A DNA stretch of 64,000 nt from Octopus sinensis (taxonomy: Eukaryota): assembly GCF_006345805.1 (NCBI RefSeq), contig NC_042997.1:105524001-105588000 (forward strand), given 5' to 3'. The position numbers and the translations under genes are program-made. Below the pieces are notes generated by a model that did not search any database, was not told where the DNA came from, and worked only from the letters and a program-made list of their open reading frames with translations. Positions 25,635-38,561 of the stretch are shown here, piece by piece. Within the stretch, counting starts at the first letter, position 1. Every line of letters starts with the position of its first letter.

Positions 25635-26473
25635 AGTATATATACATATAATAATATATATACATATATATATAACAGTATCAGAGATAAAAACCAACCA
25701 GAAACTAATTGGTTGTTGTTGCGTTATTGAAGATACCGTCTTCACAGACAGCATCGAGAGTAAGTCACCTTTGTGAAAACTATTCCTTTATAAGCTATAT
25801 ATGCGTATAGGAGCAGTAAGTTATAAAGAAGCACCCGCCAGTAATACAAATGTAACCGGTATGTGAATCCGATAATTACTCTTTCCTAGAATGTGTATTT
25901 GGAACAAGATAGTTTGAGGGAGCTGAGAGATTAGGACTAAGATAATGAACACAATATATCACCAAAGCAAGATTATGGATACGTGCGAAAAATCTGCATT
26001 CATGAATATGTATCGGTGTATGTTCAAACATTCACACGTATACATCGTTGTTTATATACATTTACGCATATAGATGTATATGTATGTGTGTGTGTGCGTG
26101 AGAGAGACAGACAGAAAGGGAGTGTGTGTGTGTGTGTGTATGTGTGCGTGCGTGTATGTGTGTGTGTGTGCGTGTGTCTGTGTGTGTGAATGTGTATTTA
26201 GGCACACATATATATCTGTACTGATCACCTGCAGATATAGATGTATGTACCGCACATCCTTACATATATCTGTGTCTATACATATATGTATATATATGTG
26301 CATGATTGTGTTTGTGTATATATATATATACACACATAAACACAATCATGCACATATATATTGCATGTATGGGTATGTAGATATATATATATATACATAT
26401 ATATATTGTATTTATGCATATATATATATATGTATATATATATATGTATGTATGTATATATGTATTATATACA

Positions 26474-26703
26474 CAGGGAACGATGCGTAAATTGTCGCCA
26501 TTTTATATTGTTAATTTTGCGTATTTGCATTGTTTGTTTTTGATTTTGTTGACTACACAGTATAGTAAGGTCAGTTGGGCACCCTGTGTGAGTAAAACAG
26601 CACCATGACACAATTTTCTCTGCCTGAAATTTGGAAACAACATGCTGTGCTGCTTGGCATTCGAGTCGGAAGCTCCAATACGAAGATTTCAGAGTGTTTC
26701 AGT
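26474..26703 (+). mobile_element. 5' fragment of a Tc1/mariner-like DNA transposon (terminus plus N-terminal HTH coding start at 26605)
   Basis: Starts CAGGGAACGATGCGTAAATTGTCGCC next to a TA-rich tract. MTQFSLPEIWKQHAVLLGIRVGSSNTKISEC resembles a transposase N-terminal helix-turn-helix. No second TIR was found. Confidence 0.5.
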
Positions 26704-27076
26704 AGTTTACTGGCGCAGAAGCTTGGGAATTTTTTCCGTACCGATGTACGATTACCTGAAATATGTATGTGTGTGTGTCTGTATGTGTGTGTGTTTGTTT
26801 ATTAACGCACACACGTATACACCAAACACACACTACTGTGTTAGCTATATCCGGTGCTCATTATTATATTAAACAATGATTTGTAACGTAAATTTTAATT
26901 CTATATTTAAACAACTCTAGTCCCCTAGTAGTGCTAATGTATAAAGCTAGGAAGAATGGAGCAATATTGACATTATCGAGATTCAAACTTACAACACACA
27001 ATAAAACGTGTGTGGTAGGCAGTCTGTGCAACCTCATAAGAAGTATATATATATATATATACCTATTATATAACAA

Positions 27077-27141
<65 letters not shown>

Positions 27142-27143
<2 letters not shown>

Positions 27144-27364
27144 ATTCTTTACTACTCACAAGGGGCTAAACACAGAGAGGACAGACAACGTCTTAAGTCG
27201 ATTATATCGACCCCAGTGCGTAACTGATACTTATTTATTTGACCCCGAAAGGATGAAAGGCAAAGTCGACCTCAGCGGAATTTGAACTCAGAACGTAGCG
27301 GCAGAAGAAATACCGCTAAGCATTTTTTCCCGGCGTGCTAACGATTCTGCCAGCTCAACGCCTT
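27142..27364 (-). mobile_element. SINE family B, full length
   Basis: High similarity to 5049-5281; lies at the edge of a (TA)n tract. Confidence 0.9.
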
Positions 27365-27799
27365 AGTATATATATATATACCGCCCCTAGAATACGACAC
27401 AATAACATATGATTTATGCACAAGGTCAGCACACGGAGGGGGACAATTAATCTTTGCATCTACCGAAATACGAGACTATTACATTAATTTATTGATCTGG
27501 GAATGATGAAAGGTTAAGTTGATCTTGGTGATGTTTGGACGCAGAATATTAAAAATCGGAATAAGTATCGCGTGACATTTTTCACTAGCTCCGACAATAC
27601 ACATTTCGTCTACTCATAAATATACTACATATTAATGTTTTTACGATAAACGTACTGGAGGTTTTAAAAGGCAGGTTTTACACATGCAGAAGAAATTAAA
27701 ATGAACCTCGAAATGTTTTCTCTGACGAGTAGTCAAGTACCTGTGAAACAGTCAGTTAGGAGATTAACTCACCCCCACGCAAATTACTAGTTTTTCCTA

Positions 27800-27952
27800 T
27801 AGGCATAAGCATGGCAGTGTGCTTAAGAAGTTAACTCTGCAAACACAGTTTCCGGTTCAGTTGCACTGTGTGACACCTAGTGCAAATGTCTTATAATATA
27901 GCATCGGAACGATCAATGATTTGTGATGCATTTAATAATTGTATGGAAGCCC

Positions 27953-27955
<3 letters not shown>
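27800..27955 (+). mobile_element. Degenerate SINE family A 5' half
   Basis: GGCATAAGCATGGCAGTGTGCTTAAGAAG...CCGGTTCAGTTGCACTGTGTGACACC...TGGAAGCCC followed by (TA)n, as in family A. Confidence 0.55.
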
Positions 27956-28023
<68 letters not shown>

Positions 28024-29110
28024 CACGTGTATATCTATGTATATATATGCATATATGTGTATGCATGTAGGTATGTGTGAACGCATGTATTTTTGAGTGG
28101 GTGACTTTATTTTTGTGTCCTTCGAACCACACATTTACGCAGATGAAAACAAACCAACGCTGGTTATCAAGCGTTGATTACACAAAATTAAAGAATGGCT
28201 TCACAAAAATTTGCACTTCTGCGTATTTCAGCGATTAAAGCGGTACGCAGCATGGAGAAGTAAAAGAATAAAAGAATTATCCAAGTCTAGAAAATAATTT
28301 CTCAAAGAAGAAACGAAATAAATACATACATCCGTTTCTTTGTGCTACGCTACTTCGGGTTTTATTGAACAAATATTTTCTGACGAAATTCTGTTTGTGC
28401 ATAATAAAACGTATTTTTCTCCCACTCGGGTAATACCGAATCTAAATGCTTCTAAGCTAGGATAAAGCAATATAAAATAATATGAAAACCAATATGTCTG
28501 TAAGTCAATGTACTTCTGTGAGATAGGACGCATTTATGAAAAGAAAATTTATTACTGAGATTCAAAGAATTAACCAAATATAATACTGGCGTTAAGAACG
28601 AGAAGAGAAGTTTATAAACTTCAATATGACTAGAAAATAGTAGTATGTTGCATAGCAAACGTAAAAAGTATCAGACATTATGAATAGAATTTTGAGTAAA
28701 TTTTGCAAATTTGTATAGAGGGAAGATAATATAAATAGTCACAGAGTTATTTTAACAACATCTATGAAGGCAAAACCAAATGTAAATAAGGTGGTAGATG
28801 CAGACAAACGATTCTTTAGAAGAAACAGGAATTTATATTCATATTTGCTCGTATATCCTTGTAGGTTAATTGGCTATGGAGAAGAAAATATTCATCCGCA
28901 CGAATCATTACAAAAAACCTATCAGTTTCTCTCACCTTTTCTATGTATGTATGCATATACATATAAACATACGCGCACAAAGAGAGAGATGTATATAATG
29001 TATATAAGTTCATATATGGAGAAAATGAAGGAGGGGAAAGTAGATATGCATTTATCTATGGGCTGTATGTGTGTGTGTATGTATATATATATCATATATA
29101 TATATATATA

Positions 29111-30382
29111 TAAGGTCATCCCATAAGTTCTGTCCGATTTTACCTTTTATAAAATTGAATGAAATTTAATAGTATTTTAGAATGTCTAATGGAATTAAAA
29201 ATTATTTTTATGCATTTGTGTACATTTAAACTAATTAAATATTATTTTACAGAATAATAGGACTAAAATTTGTTTGATTAAAACCCTTTCTAACATGGAA
29301 GTATCAAAAGACCATTTGAGATACATAATGATTTATGAGTACAAAAAAAGGAAACCCTGCAGCCGAAGCGACTCGAAACATACGCTTAGTTTATGGGAAA
29401 GAATACTTGAATGAAAGAAATTGCAGAAGATGGTTTGCAAAATTCAGAAGTGGAGATTTCAGCCTTAAAGATGAAGATCGAGCAGGACGTCCAGTTGAGT
29501 TTGATGATAAGCTCCTTCGGGCATTACTTGAAGAAAATCCTGCATTGTCATTTGAGGAATTAGCAATAAAGCTTAGTTCAAATCATACAACTGTTCATCG
29601 TCATCTTCAACAACTTCGAAATGTTCCTAAACTTGGAAAATGGGTGTCTCATGAATTGTCCGAAAGCAACCGCAAATCCCGAGTTGACATCTGCACTTCT
29701 CTCCATTCTCGCGAACCCATTTCACCCTTTTTGGATAGACTTGTGACTGGTGACGAAAAATGGATCTTCTATCGAAATGTTAAACGTCGTAAACAGTGGC
29801 TTGGTAAAAGAGAAAAGGCTCAACCACAACCGAGAAGGAAATTTCATGGGGAAAAAGGTTGGAATTGCAAAGGAGTAATTCACTTTGAATGGTTACCACC
29901 TAATGCAACAATCAATGCTCAAGTCTACTGCCAGCAATTAGAGCATTTGGACCAAGCTTTGAAGAAAAAGGACCCACTTTAGTGAATCGAAAAGGGGAAA
30001 TGTTTCATCAGGAAAATGCGTGACCCCACACTGGAAAAATCATATCACAGAAGATTGAGGAGAAAATGGTGGGAAAAATTCCTCATCCACCTTATTCTCC
30101 CAACCTTGCTCCTTCATACTATCATTAGTTTCGTAGTTTACAGAATGATTTGAGGGACATAACTTTCGCAAGCCAGGAGGAGGTCGAAACTGACATTTCA
30201 GAGTTCTTCGCTTTGAAACCAAAAGAGCTTTACATTGATGGGATTAAAAAGCTTGTAAATACATGGAAGGAAGTCATAGGTGATCAGGAAAATACATTGA
30301 TGACTAAATTTCAATTAAATATAACAGTTGATCAGTTGTTTTATTTATTCAAAATTCGAACAGAACTTATGGGATGACCTGA
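29111..30382 (+). mobile_element. Full-length mariner (DD34D) transposon, ~1.27 kb, inactive
   Basis: ~30-bp TIRs T(A/C)AGGTCATCCCATAAGTTCTGT(C/T)CGA; TA TSD at 29109-29110 and 30383-30384; encloses a transposase pseudogene. Confidence 0.95.
29295..30307 (+). pseudogene. Mariner transposase pseudogene
   Basis: MEVSKDHLRYIMIYEYKK, then a +1 frameshift in the A7 run at 29343-29349, then GNPAAEATRN..WFAKFRSGDFSLKDEDRAGRP..WVSHEL..TGDEKW. A frameshift follows at ~29970, then HQENA*PH, HPPYSPNLAPSYYH*F, and a final frameshift before GKYIDD*. The second and third catalytic Asp read as E and Y. Confidence 0.93.
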
Positions 30383-30696
30383 TATATGGTCAACCTGTCC
30401 GTGTATAGATATCTTTGTGCGTATATGCATATATATATATACGTATGTATGTGTGCGCGTGCGTGTGTTCATGTGTGTAGAATATTGAAGACAAGGTAGA
30501 AAGTGCTAAAATAATTTTATCATGAAATACATTTTGTAATGGTTAGTACAGGTTTCTGTCTTTTCGACTTTTTCAACTAAGAGTAAAACGAAGGTGGATA
30601 CTAATTAAGAGGAAAAACAATGACGTTGAAGAAAAAATTACACAAAATGCTTTGTAAATATTTCCAGTCTTTAAATAGATGGTCATTTTCCTTTTC

Positions 30697-30731
<35 letters not shown>

Positions 30732-30754
30732 TGTGTCTGTGTCTGTGTATGTGT

Positions 30755-30797
<43 letters not shown>

Positions 30798-30972
30798 ATG
30801 GCTTTCCTTTTCTTGAATGTTCGTAAGGTAGGTAGATAGTAGTAGATTGTGTTTATGGGTGCAAGGATATATTTGGTTCTAAAGTTTGATGACTCACTGA
30901 ATTAATACAAGCATGATAGGAAGATTTTAGTGAATAAGATTAGCGTCCTACCTCTGCATAGGATACATATAT

Positions 30973-31049
<77 letters not shown>

Positions 31050-31159
31050 GAGGGATACACATACACATAATGCTAGGAAGAGGGTTGATTTTATATATCA
31101 TATATGCATGTATATAGAGACGATAATGGAGAGAGAAGTAGATATGCATTAATGATATG

Positions 31160-31505
31160 TCGTGATTTCCACAGACCTCCCAATGGACCATTCTTGCCAC
31201 ATTGTCATGGCGTCTTTTGTATTTGCGTTGTGCCATTTTGGACATTCGCTAACTGATGTGCCATACCGTTTCACCACTCTCGCCACACATTCTGGATTTT
31301 TCGCTATCGATAGTGTTCTCTATTCTGCACTTCGTACAGTTAGTCCGTAACGCTTGATCTTGAGTTGCGCATATGAGTGCTTCTGTCTCTATCTAAAGGT
31401 CACTCCTCCTCATTCATAGCCACTGATCCTCTGCATCTGTCTTGGTGTTCATATCTCTAGCAAACTCACCGTACAATTTCTTTTCCTTCCAAGCTGTTTC
31501 TTTTT
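31160..31505 (-). pseudogene. Dong/R4-clade non-LTR retrotransposon fragment (zinc-knuckle region between RT and RLE)
   Basis: Translates as WKEKKLYGEFARD..WL*MRRSDL*IETEALICATQDQALRTN..RMCGESGETVWHI..SECPKMAQRKYKRRHDNVARMVHWEVC. Confidence 0.85.
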
Positions 31506-31595
31506 TATGCTCAAATTTGTTTAAAGATTTCTTTAGTTACACAATTTTCAGCGTTGATGACGCTGGCCTTCTTCATACATTTCAATATTAATATT

Positions 31596-31597
31596 AT

Positions 31598-31688
<91 letters not shown>

Positions 31689-31690
31689 GT
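31596..31690. repeat. Compound trinucleotide microsatellite (ACT)n(GCT)n(ACT)n
   Basis: Direct reading of the sequence. Confidence 0.9.
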
Positions 31691-32721
31691 TATTATTATT
31701 ATCATCACAATTATCATCATCAACACCATTATCATTACACCCATCATCAATTTTCGTTATTGTTATTATTTATTTTTATTGTCATCATATGGAATGTTTT
31801 CTTATTATTGTTTTTTAGTACGTTCTGCTAGATTGTCTAATATTTTTGGCTGCATATATTAATCGTTCATTTTCATTTAAAATGGAATTTAATATAGTAT
31901 CATATGTTTTTGTATAAATGATTTTTATAAGCCCCTAGAGAAAGCAAGATGAGAATCATGGAAATATATGTGCTGCAATTACGAGATAGAACTATAGAAA
32001 ATAATACATTGAAAAGCGATTGCCTCAGAGACACAGAGACAGTTTATTTACTCGTACATAAATGAATCTATTACTGATAAAATGGTATGAACGTTTAAAT
32101 AGTACTGGTGTTTTGTACTGTAATTAATTTAATACAGATTTGACATCTGACTTTCAAGAAAGATCTATCATATATTCGATGCTCCGGGTTCAGATCTTAA
32201 GTGACACAACGATATATCATACGATAATATTCTGTGTTCGTCTAATCTGGAGAAAAAATAATAATCTGCATATATTTTTAAAAGTAACAAACATGTACAC
32301 ATTATGAAGCACCTGTAAAATAATCAAATTGTACATTTACAGACTCACACGACGACACACAGTGACGTATGTATGTATGTATGTATGTATGTATGTATGT
32401 ATGTATGTATGTATGTATGTATGTATGTATGTATGTATGTATATATGTATGTATATGTGTATGTATGTATGTATGTAGGCATGTATATATATATATATTC
32501 AAATGTCTTTTTGAAAATTGTTTGGTACAGTTTTATCAAGTATAAAAAAGTGTTTCTTAAAAATATTATTTTTTGAGCGCTTATCAGAACGTAACTAACC
32601 ATTTTAGAAGAAGTTTCTTGCAAGTGTGTGTGTGAATTCACAACGACATCGAACCCATAAGATTAAACTAGAGAGACAGAGACAGGCAGAAACAAGGAAA
32701 ATGCCTCTTGTATTTGAACTC

Positions 32722-32906
32722 TATACAAATATTCTTTTAAAAAGTCTTTTCTTAATTTTTACAGTTGAAAAACTCTTAATGGCTGAAACCGGTACTGAAA
32801 TGTTATAAAAGTGTTTATAAAATTTTTTCAGCATTTTCTATCTTGACTTTTCCATATATATATATATATAATATATATATATATAATATATATATATATA
32901 ATATAT

Positions 32907-32967
<61 letters not shown>

Positions 32968-33004
32968 ATATATATAATATATATATATATATTATATATA
33001 TATA

Positions 33005-33038
<34 letters not shown>

Positions 33039-33060
33039 GATATATATATATATATATTAT

Positions 33061-33097
<37 letters not shown>

Positions 33098-33230
33098 GGA
33101 AAAAGTCAAGATAGAAAATGCTGAAATAATTTATAAACATTTTTATAAACATTTCAGTACGGTTTCAGCCATTAAGACTTTTTCAACTGTAAAAATTAAG
33201 AAAAGACTTTTTTAAAAGAATATTTGTATA
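32722..33230. repeat. Inverted duplication of ~132 bp of unique sequence around a (TA)n tract
   Basis: 32722-32853 and 33098-33230 are reverse complements; the differences are mostly homopolymer-length indels. Confidence 0.9.
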
Positions 33231-33274
33231 TATATATAATATATATATATATGGTGTGGTGTGTGTGTGTGTGT

Positions 33275-33366
<92 letters not shown>

Positions 33367-33371
33367 ATATA

Positions 33372-33440
<69 letters not shown>

Positions 33441-33475
33441 TATAATATATATATATATACTCTTTCTCTTTACCC

Positions 33476-33676
33476 TTTTACTTGTTTCAGTCATTTGACT
33501 GCGACCATGCTGGGCACCGCCTTTAGTCGAGCAAATCGACCCCGAGACTTATTCTTTGTAAGCCCAGTATTTATTGTATCGGTCTCTTTTGCCGAACTGC
33601 TAAGTGACGGGGTCGTAAACACACACCAGCATCGGTTGTCAAGCATCGCTAGGGGGACAAGCACAGACACACAAAT

Positions 33677-33715
<39 letters not shown>

Positions 33716-33868
33716 CGACAGGCTTCTTTCAGTTTCCGTCTACCAAATCCACTCACAAGGCATTGGTCGGCCCGGGGCTATAAACATTTGCCCAGATGCC
33801 ACGCGTGGGATCGAACCCAGAACCATGTGGTTGGTTAGCAAGCTACTTACCACACAGCCACTCCTGCG

Positions 33869-33870
<2 letters not shown>
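33476..33870 (-). mobile_element. SINE family A, full length
   Basis: Reverse complement of 5967-6369; the minus strand starts GGCGCAGGAGTGGCTGTGTGGTAAGTAGCTTGCT. Confidence 0.9.
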
Positions 33871-33914
<44 letters not shown>

Positions 33915-33995
33915 CATATATATATACATATTTATATATTATATATAATATATACATACACACACATATATATATATATAATATAATATATATAT

Positions 33996-34038
<43 letters not shown>

Positions 34039-34041
34039 ACG

Positions 34042-34080
<39 letters not shown>

Positions 34081-34361
34081 TATATATAGATATATAGTTA
34101 CCACCGACTATCACGTGTGTTACATTTCAAAAACCCTGTGATAGGTGAAAATCCGCGAAGTAGAAACAGTTCTGTACTGTGTTTTCTTTATATATTTTTA
34201 TAATTTGAATATATCTATTATATTATAAATGCAAAACAACACCACAGAGGAATCGACGGAAGCTCAAATAATAAACCACGATAGGTGAACCGCAATATGG
34301 CGAGCGATTACTGTTTATGTTATATATATATATGTGTGTGTGTGTGTGGTGTGTGTGTGTG

Positions 34362-34442
<81 letters not shown>

Positions 34443-34448
34443 TCATAT

Positions 34449-34600
34449 AGGGCGGCGAGCGGGCGAAATTCTTAGTGGATTTCGTCTGCCGTTACGTTCT
34501 AAGCTCAAATTCCGCCAAGGTCGACTTTGTCTTTCATCTTTTCGGGATCAATTTAATGAGTACCAGCTGCGCACTGGAGTTGATGTCATCGACTTAACCC
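34449..34600 (+). mobile_element. SINE family B copy (head and central domain)
   Basis: AGGGCGGCGAGC..GAAATTCTTAGTGGATTTCGTCTGCCGTTACGTTCTAAGCTCAAATTCCGCCAAGGTCGACTTTG. Confidence 0.8.
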
Positions 34601-34924
34601 TTTGTCTATCCATACATATGTATATATATATCACGAACTTCTCCACTGAAATTTCTACCTTTCTACCATTCACGGATTCTCTTTTGGACATTTGACCCTC
34701 CGGCTCCACCTCTCCTAACTATGGATTAATGTGGACTCTACTCTTGATGAAAAATCCTTGCAATACACCACGACGTCTAAACCATTGAACTTTACATAAA
34801 ACAATTATTATTATCATTACTATTATTTTTATACCTTCTAATCTTTCCTGTACTTTCTGGTCTTTATCTCCCCTACTTCTTCGCTCTTCTGTGTGAACCT
34901 TCTGTCCGACAGTCGTCATGATAG

Positions 34925-35097
34925 ATCGTTAGCCACTACACGCATTTTTTCTCTCCTTGTTTCTTTCTATGTTCCTTTCTGTAGAAGAGCGTAGGCTCGA
35001 AACGTAAAAGACATTTTCAATTCCTGACGTTAAACTAAAACACGTTGTTTTCTACACCACCTGTCTTCGTCTTTTGTCTTTTCGTGAATTCTCCCTA
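34925..35097 (+). mobile_element. Penelope-like terminal repeat (family H) with a hammerhead-like motif at 34975-35010
   Basis: CTTT-CTGTAGA-A-GAGC(GTAG)GCTC-GAA-ACGT-A-AAAG; this CTGANGAA..GAAACGT architecture is typical of Penelope-element ends. Confidence 0.55.
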
Positions 35098-35120
35098 TAT
35101 ATATATATATTATATATATA

Positions 35121-35153
<33 letters not shown>

Positions 35154-35324
35154 CATATTATATATATATATATATGTATATATATATAATATATACATAT
35201 ATATATATATACACACACCACACACACACACACACACACATATAATATATATATATACTTTTACCACTAAACGACGTGCCTTCACATTAATCAGTTACCT
35301 CCCATATGGGGGTAATTGATTAAT

Positions 35325-35640
35325 GTGAAGGCACGTGGTTTGGTTGTTAAGGTATTTGTGTCCCGATCGTAGAGTCGCGCGTTCGCTTCCCGGCGGCGCG
35401 CTGTGTCTTTGGGTAAGACACTTTATTTCATGAGGCTCTAATTCATTCAGCTGGCAAAAATGAGTAGTGTCTGTATTTCAAGGGACCAGTTGTCACATTC
35501 TGTGTCACACGGAATATCTCTGAAAAGTATGTGAAGTGGTACAGTGTCTGTGGAGTGCTCAGCCACTTGCACGTTAAGCTCACGAACAAGCTGTTCTGTT
35601 GATCGGTTCAACTGAGGCCCTTGTCGCCGTAAGCGATAGA
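35325..35640 (+). mobile_element. SINE family E (tRNA head, CORE-like segment, distinct 3' part)
   Basis: GTGAAGGCACGTGG..GTTCGCTTCCCGG..GTGTCTTTGGGTAAGACACTTTATTTCA..TTCATTCAGCTGGCAAAAATGAGT; the central part is shared with family C. Confidence 0.75.
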
Positions 35641-35705
35641 ATGACAGTGCGATGAAATGACAGTATATATGCATATAGACAAACACACACACACACACGA
35701 GACAG

Positions 35706-35739
<34 letters not shown>

Positions 35740-35740
35740 T

Positions 35741-36054
35741 ATCACCGTGATCACCTTGACCGACCAGGCTATCAGATATTGCTACATATCGCTGGTCACA
35801 ATGCGCTTCGCATTGTTTTAGCCTTCAAATGACGCCACCCCGCTGGCTAAGCGAGCAGGTCAACAGAAGAAAGATTGAGAGAAAGTTGTGGCGAAAGAGT
35901 ACAGCAGGGATCGCCACCCCCCCCCCCCCTGCCGGAGCCTCGTCAAACTTTAGGTGTTTTCGCTCAATAAACACTCACAACGCCCGGTCTGGGAATCGAA
36001 ACCGCGATCCTACGACCGAGTCCGCTGCCCTTACCACTGGGCGATTACGCCTCC
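35741..36054 (-). mobile_element. SINE family D (tRNA-Arg-like head), full length
   Basis: The minus strand starts GGAGGCGTAATCGCCCAGTGGTAAGGGCAGCGGACTCGGTCGTAGGATCGCGGTTTCGATTCCC. Copies at 54713 and 58190 read CTCGCGG in the anticodon-loop position (TCG = Arg). Confidence 0.88.
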
Positions 36055-37030
36055 GCACACACATACACACATACACAAACACACACACCACACACACACA
36101 CACACACACCACACACACGCACACACACATATATATATAGGGAGAGACTGAGAGCGAGAGAGAAGTGAGCTAGATAGATAAAAGTGATTATATTCCGGTG
36201 TAACTTATTTCATACATTGCTCAATTATTTAGATATGACAGAAAAGGTACGTGGAAACCTGAACAGTTTTATGGTTTCCATTTTTGTGATCAAATCCAGT
36301 TGATGACAACGAAATGATATGCCGAAAAAAAATGTACACCGTACTAGAAATACTTCATTAAACTATGCTCTTCATTAAAAGTGCCTCGACAGGCGAACAA
36401 AATATTAGAAAACAGATGATATTTCACACTTAACAATCATGATTCTAATTTTACCGTCACAACGGGAAGAAAATTAACCTCCATCAAACCACTTTCACCA
36501 CTGCTGTCGTCACCATCACCGTTGCCACATTCCCATGAGCCTTTATGTCGATGTATTTATAGAGTTGCTCATTTTGGGAGGTCATTGTAGCCAATACAAA
36601 TCTATTGTCATTTCCACCAGTCCTCCTCTACTTACTGCTATTCCAGAAACACATTCATTTCATTTTATGGAACTACCGAACAGTCATAGAACTATGGCTG
36701 ACTTATAATATTTGATAATTAACACTGCACCTCTGAATTTCCGTTCTGCTTCTTGTCCTATTCTTCTTCGTTTTCTTTATCTCTCTCTCCTATTTCTCTC
36801 TGATCTCCACCTCCGTTCTTTCTATTTCTAACATCCGTCCTTCCTCATTGTTTTCTTCCTTTACGACCGCTTGAAAATAAGCATCATCGCACACCATTTG
36901 CACGAAAACATTAGTACCGATTTAAGATGTCTTTGGTCGGTTGACATTAGCCGTTTGCTCTTTCTTTCACTTTCTCTTCTTTCCCTGTCCCCGTCACTCC
37001 CCATCTCTCTCATACATGTATATATATATG

Positions 37031-37062
<32 letters not shown>

Positions 37063-38122
37063 TAGATATATATATATATATATTATATTAATATATATAT
37101 TACGTCTCTGTGTTTGTATGTGGACGGCGACGTTCAGAGAAGAAACAGCATGGTATTAATCAATTAGATATTAGCAGGAACGGGTGATTTAATTATCAAT
37201 TTATTTATTGAGAGAGAAAAACTCGGGCAACTGCGTCCTTAGTCGAAGCAAATTGCCCGTGATTTATGACCTGTCGACGAGATAATGAAATGGACGCTGC
37301 TTCTCAAAATGTTATTATTGAAACACCAGGGAGATCTCTGTATCTGGCAATTGATAGATCAAATATCTGCAGCTCCACACTAACACATACATAGAGTTGC
37401 AACTGAAATATGTCTGTTCCAATTGTTGTGGCTATTTTTATATTTCTTTTTTTTTTGGTTTTTTTTTGTTTTAGTTGTTTTTTTTTTGTTTTATCTTGGC
37501 GTGTGTTTGTGTGTGTGTTTGTGGTGAATAATGTAAGACATGTTCCTTTTTGTTGCTTCTGTTCATGATGTTATTCATGGCGTAGTTGTTGATGTTGTTG
37601 CTTGATTTAGTTTTTGCATAGAAGAAAGAGAACGTCTGTAGATTACCAATAGGTTTGTTTTGGCTACAAGACCACCGTAAGTGAAACATGTAAAACCGAA
37701 TAGAACGCGTCGTTGATGGAGTACATCACAATAGCAACGAAAAGACAAGTAAATGATGTCTTTTATATAAATGCTCAGCTAACTTTCTTGAAAAGCTATA
37801 GAAACCAGGTTGCATTTTCTGTGATAATACTGGTATAGTCGCTCGATAAGAAAACTAGATTTTAAAAGAAAACACTTCTCTAAGGTATTTAGTTCAGTAC
37901 CAAGCTGTTCCATGTTATCAATCTAAGTAAGAATAACTATTTAACAGTTTTGAGATAAATATAAAGCAATACGTGTAACTGATAGTCACACATACACACA
38001 CGGCTCACACACAAACATATATCATACATATTTACATTATATATATAAATATGTGTGTGTGTGTGTGTGTGGTGTGTGTATTGATAGAACGTGAGACAGA
38101 CAGAAAGGCAGAGATAGACATA

Positions 38123-38182
38123 TAGATAGATAGGTAGGTAGGTAGGTAGGTAGGTAGGTAGGTAGGTAGGTAGGTAGGTAGG

Positions 38183-38225
<43 letters not shown>

Positions 38226-38255
38226 GTAGATAGATAGATAGATAGATAGATAGAC

Positions 38256-38325
<70 letters not shown>

Positions 38326-38342
38326 GTAGATAGATAGATAGA

Positions 38343-38384
<42 letters not shown>
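38123..38384. repeat. (GGTA)n/(GATA)n microsatellite
   Basis: Direct reading of the sequence. Confidence 0.95.
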
Positions 38385-38561
38385 GCAAGGGAAAGAGAGT
38401 AGAAAATAAAACTCAGCAAGAATATTTATATGTACAGTGCAAATAAATACACGCGCATCTATACATTCAGTGGGGGTGTATGAAAATAATAGAGTTTATA
38501 CTAGCAAAAAAACACTGTCGATACCAAACCAATAACGTTTATTTACATTGCAGCTTTTACA

